This document shows positions 59,251-64,000 of a stretch of DNA of 64,000 bases, piece by piece. The notes below the pieces were generated by a model. It was not told where the DNA came from, did no database searches, and saw only the letters and a list, made by a program, of their open reading frames with translations. The stretch covers positions 1 to 64,000 of the forward strand of contig JBBRUX010000002.1 in assembly GCA_038247415.1 (NCBI GenBank). Reading direction: 5' to 3'. Source of the DNA: Chitinivibrionales bacterium (GTDB lineage: Bacteria; Fibrobacterota; Chitinivibrionia; Chitinivibrionales; WJKA01). The translations under genes and the position numbers were made by a program. The first letter of the stretch is position 1; each line of letters opens with the position of its first letter.

Positions 59251-61608
59251 CTATTTCCCGTATTTCCATATTTTCTGCTTCGCACCAAACAACTGAATCG
59301 TTTTTTCTTGTTTTTTTAAAGAGGGCACTTCATTCCCATCCTTACATACGCTTACGTGCTCGAATAAATTCAATGTTAGGGGAAAAAAGCGAACCGGTTT
59401 ATATCCTTCAGATAGTGTTTTAATATCAATTGTTAATTCCGATGCATTAACGCTCATGACAATTTCATAGGTCGATTGTGTGCCATTTCGATATTCAAAC
59501 GATTCCCCATCGTCAGCTGTATATACATACCGCCACGTGCCGTTGGCGTTTGGTGCAACACAAAGAAGAAATTCGATATTTGTCAAATCAATTGCATTAT
59601 CCAATCGAATCCCTGGTTGCAGCGGAATAATTGCCCCTTCACGAATAAAAAGCGGCGTTGAATCTTTTTTCTTTTCTGCCTTTATAATCTGATTTCCACT
59701 AACCCATTCGAGGGTATCTGCACGATACCACGCACAATTCGGCAAAACTATTGTTCGAGATTTTTCTTTCTCTTTTACAAAGGGGGCCTGCATAATAGAG
59801 GGGCCAATCATACATTGATCATCGATGGTACCTAATGCGAGATTATCGGTATCTTCGAAATCATAAAAGAGCGGGCGCAAAATCGCTTCGCCCTGTATTG
59901 CTTGATTGATAAATAAATTATAGATATAGGGCATAAGGGTATAGCGCAATCTGACATAGCGCCGTAGGAGCTTGTGTACCGAATCTGAAAATTCCCAAGG
60001 CTCCTGTTGTTTGGTGCCCATACAGGTATGATTGCGTAAAAATGGAAACAAAAACCCAGCCTTCATCCAATCGAGCATGAGCTGTTCATTGGTATCACCG
60101 CCAAACCCACCTACATCGGGGCCATTAAAGGGCATTCCCGACAAAGCAAGATTAATAGACTTTCCAATACTCATAGACAAATGAGCATAATTAGAACAAT
60201 TATCACCTGTCCAGTTCCCAGAATATTTTTGAGATCCCGTAAACCCACTTCGTGCAATAAGAAAAGGTCTTTTGTTAGGAAACGCTTGCAACGCCCCCGC
60301 ATACGACGCCTTAGACATAAGCATTGCATACTGATTATGAAAAGCCGCATGTTCCACTGTGCCATTTTTAAAAAGCATTCCTCCACAATCCACAGGACCC
60401 GTAGACGGATCATTCATATCAAGCCATGCTCCAGAAAATCCTGCTTTTAAAAGTGATGCATACTTTTGAGCCCACCACGTTTGTGTTTGTTCTAAAGAAA
60501 AATCGGGAAAGGCTGTATACCCTGGCCACACCATACCTATAAAGTCTTTACCAGCGGCGTTTTTGCAAAAAACATCTAAGTGCGTTCCACTATCGTAAAC
60601 ACTATATCCAATTTCTTGCTTTACACCTGGATCAACAATCGGAATAACCTTATATCCACGATCTGTAATGGATTTAAGATTTGTCTCTATATCCGGAAAG
60701 TGCTTTGTGTCATGCGTAAATACCCGAAACCCATCCATGTAATCGATATCCAGCCATAACCCACTCACAGGAAACTGATGCAATTCAAATGAATCTGCCA
60801 AATATTCTAGATCTTTTATTCCTGCATAACCCCATCTGCACTGATGAAAGCCTAGCGCCCACACGGGAGGCAGCGCACTCTTGCCCGTAAGATTCTGCAT
60901 CTTCCGTGTTAACTCAGGAAGCGATGGCCCATACAATATATACAGCGATGGTTGCCCATTTTCTGCTCCAAGATACAGCGCATTATTCGAGACACCAATA
61001 GCTGTAGTTTGGTTTGCAATTGTTGCAGAAGGGGAAATAGAAATATATGACGGATAAGGATTATCTATCAGAATGGCACAATAGCGGTTTTTCTGCTTGA
61101 TTATCACATAGGGTATAGAAATATAATCGGGATCATACGCAGCCTGACTAATAGGGCTTTTATCAAAATCAGCCCATGCATCGGTGTTCCAAAATTTATG
61201 GACTCTGCCGGATTTTTCAAACGGAGTGCTTTTCTCGCCCATCCCGTAAAATTGCATATCAGCGTGCTGTTCAAATTGGAACATCCACGAATTGCCACAT
61301 ACTCCAAATGCCGCTGTAAGCGTAGACAAAAGCGAATCGTCGTTGTGCTGCAAACGAAAAGATCCATGCTCGCCAACACTCAACCGAGATTGCGCGGTTG
61401 TGCATGATGTATCTGGCTGTGCAAACGGGGTTAGTTCCGAACAGCAATAATTTTCTGGCCAAAGCTCTGCATTATTCACAGAAACATGGTATACCCCATT
61501 ACCATCGCCCACCGATTTAAAACTAAAACTTTTTAAAGATTCTGCATCTAGGCAATCTTCTCCCAAAAAATTAAAATTTTTGGGATGCTGATACTTATTG
61601 AAATACAT
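59251..61608 (-). CDS. Glycoside hydrolase family 31 (alpha-glucosidase-like)
   Basis: YGMGEK, PP.WALG.HQCRW, WLDIDYM, WLDMNDP, WTGDN and DVGGF motifs. Confidence 0.93.
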   Translation of the reverse strand: MYFNKYQHPKNFNFLGEDCLDAESLKSFSFKSVGDGNGVYHVSVNNAELWPENYCCSELTPFAQPDTSCTTAQSRLSVGEHGSFRLQHNDDSLLSTLTAAFGVCGNSWMFQFEQHADMQFYGMGEKSTPFEKSGRVHKFWNTDAWADFDKSPISQAAYDPDYISIPYVIIKQKNRYCAILIDNPYPSYISISPSATIANQTTAIGVSNNALYLGAENGQPSLYILYGPSLPELTRKMQNLTGKSALPPVWALGFHQCRWGYAGIKDLEYLADSFELHQFPVSGLWLDIDYMDGFRVFTHDTKHFPDIETNLKSITDRGYKVIPIVDPGVKQEIGYSVYDSGTHLDVFCKNAAGKDFIGMVWPGYTAFPDFSLEQTQTWWAQKYASLLKAGFSGAWLDMNDPSTGPVDCGGMLFKNGTVEHAAFHNQYAMLMSKASYAGALQAFPNKRPFLIARSGFTGSQKYSGNWTGDNCSNYAHLSMSIGKSINLALSGMPFNGPDVGGFGGDTNEQLMLDWMKAGFLFPFLRNHTCMGTKQQEPWEFSDSVHKLLRRYVRLRYTLMPYIYNLFINQAIQGEAILRPLFYDFEDTDNLALGTIDDQCMIGPSIMQAPFVKEKEKSRTIVLPNCAWYRADTLEWVSGNQIIKAEKKKDSTPLFIREGAIIPLQPGIRLDNAIDLTNIEFLLCVAPNANGTWRYVYTADDGESFEYRNGTQSTYEIVMSVNASELTIDIKTLSEGYKPVRFFPLTLNLFEHVSVCKDGNEVPSLKKQEKTIQLFGAKQKIWKYGK

Positions 61609-61632
61609 GCGACGTGCTCCTTACACTAAAAT

Positions 61633-61935
61633 TTAGATATTGTAATTAACAACCCTGCGTTCCAATCGAGCTTCCATAATATACGGCATTACTGCTTTAT
61701 GTAAAGGGTGCTCCTGGTAATCATCGAGTGCCTCGCGCGATTCAAACTCCGAATACAACACTACATCTGCACTCGTTTCGGAATTAGAAAAATCCAGACC
61801 TACTTCAATCGCAATCATCCCAGGGATTTTTCCGCACAAATCTTCGAGCTTGTCTTTAATTGCTGTAGCATTTTCTGCCTTCGTTTGCCCATGGGCAGTG
61901 TCTTTAAGTTTCCACATCACAATATGCTTAACCAT
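61633..61935 (-). CDS. Dabb (stress-responsive A/B barrel) protein
   Basis: MVKHIVMWKLK, IPG and F.S.EAL..Y..HP.H motifs. Confidence 0.92.
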   Translation of the reverse strand: MVKHIVMWKLKDTAHGQTKAENATAIKDKLEDLCGKIPGMIAIEVGLDFSNSETSADVVLYSEFESREALDDYQEHPLHKAVMPYIMEARLERRVVNYNI

Positions 61936-62328
61936 TATTATCCCTCTCTTTATGTTTATGTTTGTGCTTGTGCGCCTGCTTTTTCTATCTAGATAGAATT
62001 TAAAGCAGGTGGTGTTACTATCTCATCGATGGTGAATAACTTCTTAAAAACTGTCCTAAAGTATGACAGAATGTTCTATCTCTTTGCAAATCATTTTATT
62101 TATTAACAATTCAAAATAATGCAATGTTTATATCTTCATAAGATATTATGTTTTAATACTATACAACTTTTGTAATAATATTTTTTATTTTACTGATTCA
62201 AATTTCACTGACGATTTTCTTGCTTTTTTTTCCAATTATGGATATATTACTAACGCACCCTTAATTACGACAATTCATGTGAGCACGTATCTTTTACTTT
62301 AAAATAGATATGGGAGGGCTGTTCATCT

Positions 62329-62787
62329 ATGCAGTTACCCAAGTCCAGACGTCGCCAAAAGCTGCGGGAAAAAACATGTCAATATCCGGGCTGTGGAAAA
62401 ATTTTCTTTGGTATTCATATTTCAAAGTATTGTCCCGAACATCGTCAAGATAGATACCGAATTCGCAAGCGCACTAAGCCCGAAGACGTTAACATCAAGA
62501 ATCAGACCTATAAGCATGCTTATACTGAAGTTGTAACAATGGTCATGACGTGCTCACTTGAAGGGTGCGATAATCAATTTGAAGTTAAGATTTATCCGCG
62601 GCAATATGTTTATCCAAAATATTGCCCCACGCATCGAAATGAGTATAAGCGTATTCGACACCTGCAGCAGATCGGACGCGAAGATCTGATCGAACAAATG
62701 AAACAGGAAAGCGAAATGGCCGAGCTAGAAATCGGCGATAAAGAAATAGAAGCTGACCTGCCAGAAGCAATTACCGATGTAGCATAA
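62329..62787 (+). CDS. Hypothetical protein with two Cys/His zinc-finger-like repeats
   Basis: CQYPGC..SKYCPEH and CSLEGC..PKYCPTH; SD GGGAGG; acidic tail. Confidence 0.75.
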   Translation: MQLPKSRRRQKLREKTCQYPGCGKIFFGIHISKYCPEHRQDRYRIRKRTKPEDVNIKNQTYKHAYTEVVTMVMTCSLEGCDNQFEVKIYPRQYVYPKYCPTHRNEYKRIRHLQQIGREDLIEQMKQESEMAELEIGDKEIEADLPEAITDVA

Positions 62788-62810
62788 TTACATTCTGATT
62801 TGTTTTTTTT

Positions 62811-62839
62811 AAAGGGAAAGCATATGCTTTCCCTTTTTT
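62811..62839 (+). terminator. Intrinsic terminator
   Basis: AAAGGGAAAGCATATGCTTTCCCTTTTTT. Confidence 0.75.
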
Positions 62840-62907
62840 ATTTGTGCAGAGAATATTTTTATTCATAACGCCATACTCATTTAATCACCTGGAGACTCGC
62901 CATACCA

Positions 62908-64000
62908 ATGAAGACTACAGACTATGAAAGCATAATGAGCAAAACGGTTCCTGGTGTTGATCGTTTTATGAAAAAGACTTTTTCTAAAGTAGAAATTTCC
63001 ATCGAAGACGAGGAATTGCTTAAGAAAGTGTCTTCAGGGGCCTCGCTTATTACCTGCACCCATCGCAGCCATTGTGATTATTTTTTGCTGGGTGAGCTTT
63101 TATGGAAAGAAAAATATTTTTCTAATATCCGCTTTGCCGCTGGTGATAACCTAACCACGCTTCCTATTTTAGGCCAAAAATTTCTTAATTGGGGTGCCTT
63201 TCCCGTTTCACGCGATAGAGCTAACGATCGAAATTACATCCTTGAATTATGCAACCAATCCGTTGAAATGCTCGAACAAAAGCAAAATATCATTGTTTTT
63301 CCCGAAGGCGGGCGAAGTTACAAAGGAGAAATGCTCGAAATCAAGCAAACCCTTTTGGGCTCTGGTGTATTGGCTCAATCTCGTAATCCAGACAAAGATT
63401 TTTATTTTGTTCCCGTTGCTATATCGTATGAACAATTACCAGAATTACTTTATTTTAAAACCGTAGAAGACGGTAAAAAACTTCGCAAAGACGGCAAAGG
63501 TTGGTGGGATGCATTAAAAGGCAACGCTCTCTATTTTGGAGGTGATCTTTATGCCTTTGGTAAATTTCTTTTCGCCCATCGATTTCATAAAAACTATGGA
63601 CGCGTGTATGTAGATATTGGTAAACCAATTCTTATTCGCGAAGCGGCCGATCTTATAACCCTTTTTAATCCAAAAGCCCCCAACGAATTTTGGGGACACA
63701 GAACTGCCCTTAAACAGATTGCCGCTCAACTGAGAACGACGCTCCTTTCTCTGTATCGAATCCTTCCTCACCATGTGGTAGCGTACCTTATTATCAAAAA
63801 AGGGTGCTCATCAAAACACTCCTGCTTTGTTGCAGCCGAAGGCATTGTCGACCAGATCATAACTGCTGGGCTTAATACAAAAACGCTTTCATCACTTACC
63901 ACACGCGAGATTATTACTCAAGGACTATCCCTGCTCTCTATCATGAAAGGCATTCGCCTTCACAATGATGCTCTTGAAACACTAAACCCCGATGTAATTT
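62908..64000 (+). CDS. Glycerol-3-phosphate/1-acylglycerol-phosphate acyltransferase (PlsB/PlsC-like), runs off the window end
   Basis: Manual translation: THRSHCDY (HxxxxD), FAAGDNL, GAFPV.R, FPEGGRS, VPVAISYE; missing from the ORF track because no stop lies in the window. Confidence 0.85.
   Translation, partial: MKTTDYESIMSKTVPGVDRFMKKTFSKVEISIEDEELLKKVSSGASLITCTHRSHCDYFLLGELLWKEKYFSNIRFAAGDNLTTLPILGQKFLNWGAFPVSRDRANDRNYILELCNQSVEMLEQKQNIIVFPEGGRSYKGEMLEIKQTLLGSGVLAQSRNPDKDFYFVPVAISYEQLPELLYFKTVEDGKKLRKDGKGWWDALKGNALYFGGDLYAFGKFLFAHRFHKNYGRVYVDIGKPILIREAADLITLFNPKAPNEFWGHRTALKQIAAQLRTTLLSLYRILPHHVVAYLIIKKGCSSKHSCFVAAEGIVDQIITAGLNTKTLSSLTTREIITQGLSLLSIMKGIRLHNDALETLNPDVI

Noticed and set aside
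1..64000. CRISPR array, rRNA, prophage, intact transposase or integrase
   Set aside because: No regularly spaced repeats or recognisable motifs seen by eye.

Overview
Bacterial chromosomal window of roughly 43% GC (eye estimate). A FISUMP-domain protein and several secreted proteins with T9SS/Por-like C-terminal tails suggest Fibrobacterota (Chitinivibrionia/Chitinispirillia-like); this is an inference. Most of the window is housekeeping: mnmD, slt, citrate synthase, tRNA-Lys, gpmI, nadE, trpD, acs, murA, eno, purN, rnhB, envC/ftsX, asd, dut, a GH31 and a PlsB/PlsC-like acyltransferase. There is also an AraC-linked sugar catabolic cluster. Most notable: (1) a translationally coupled, terminator-closed two-gene operon encoding a fused E1alpha-beta 2-oxoacid dehydrogenase and a lipoyl-domain::FabH (KAS III) fusion, with no E2 core or E3, suggesting CoA-independent fatty-acid priming; (2) a ~3 kb decayed island bounded by a 17-bp direct repeat that duplicates the 3' end of mnmD; (3) a deeply divergent but catalytically intact enolase; (4) a gene-remnant patch at 30-32.6 kb; (5) MITE/REP-like elements and an unexplained structured intergenic hairpin. 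No CRISPR array, rRNA, integrase, transposase or reverse transcriptase was seen.
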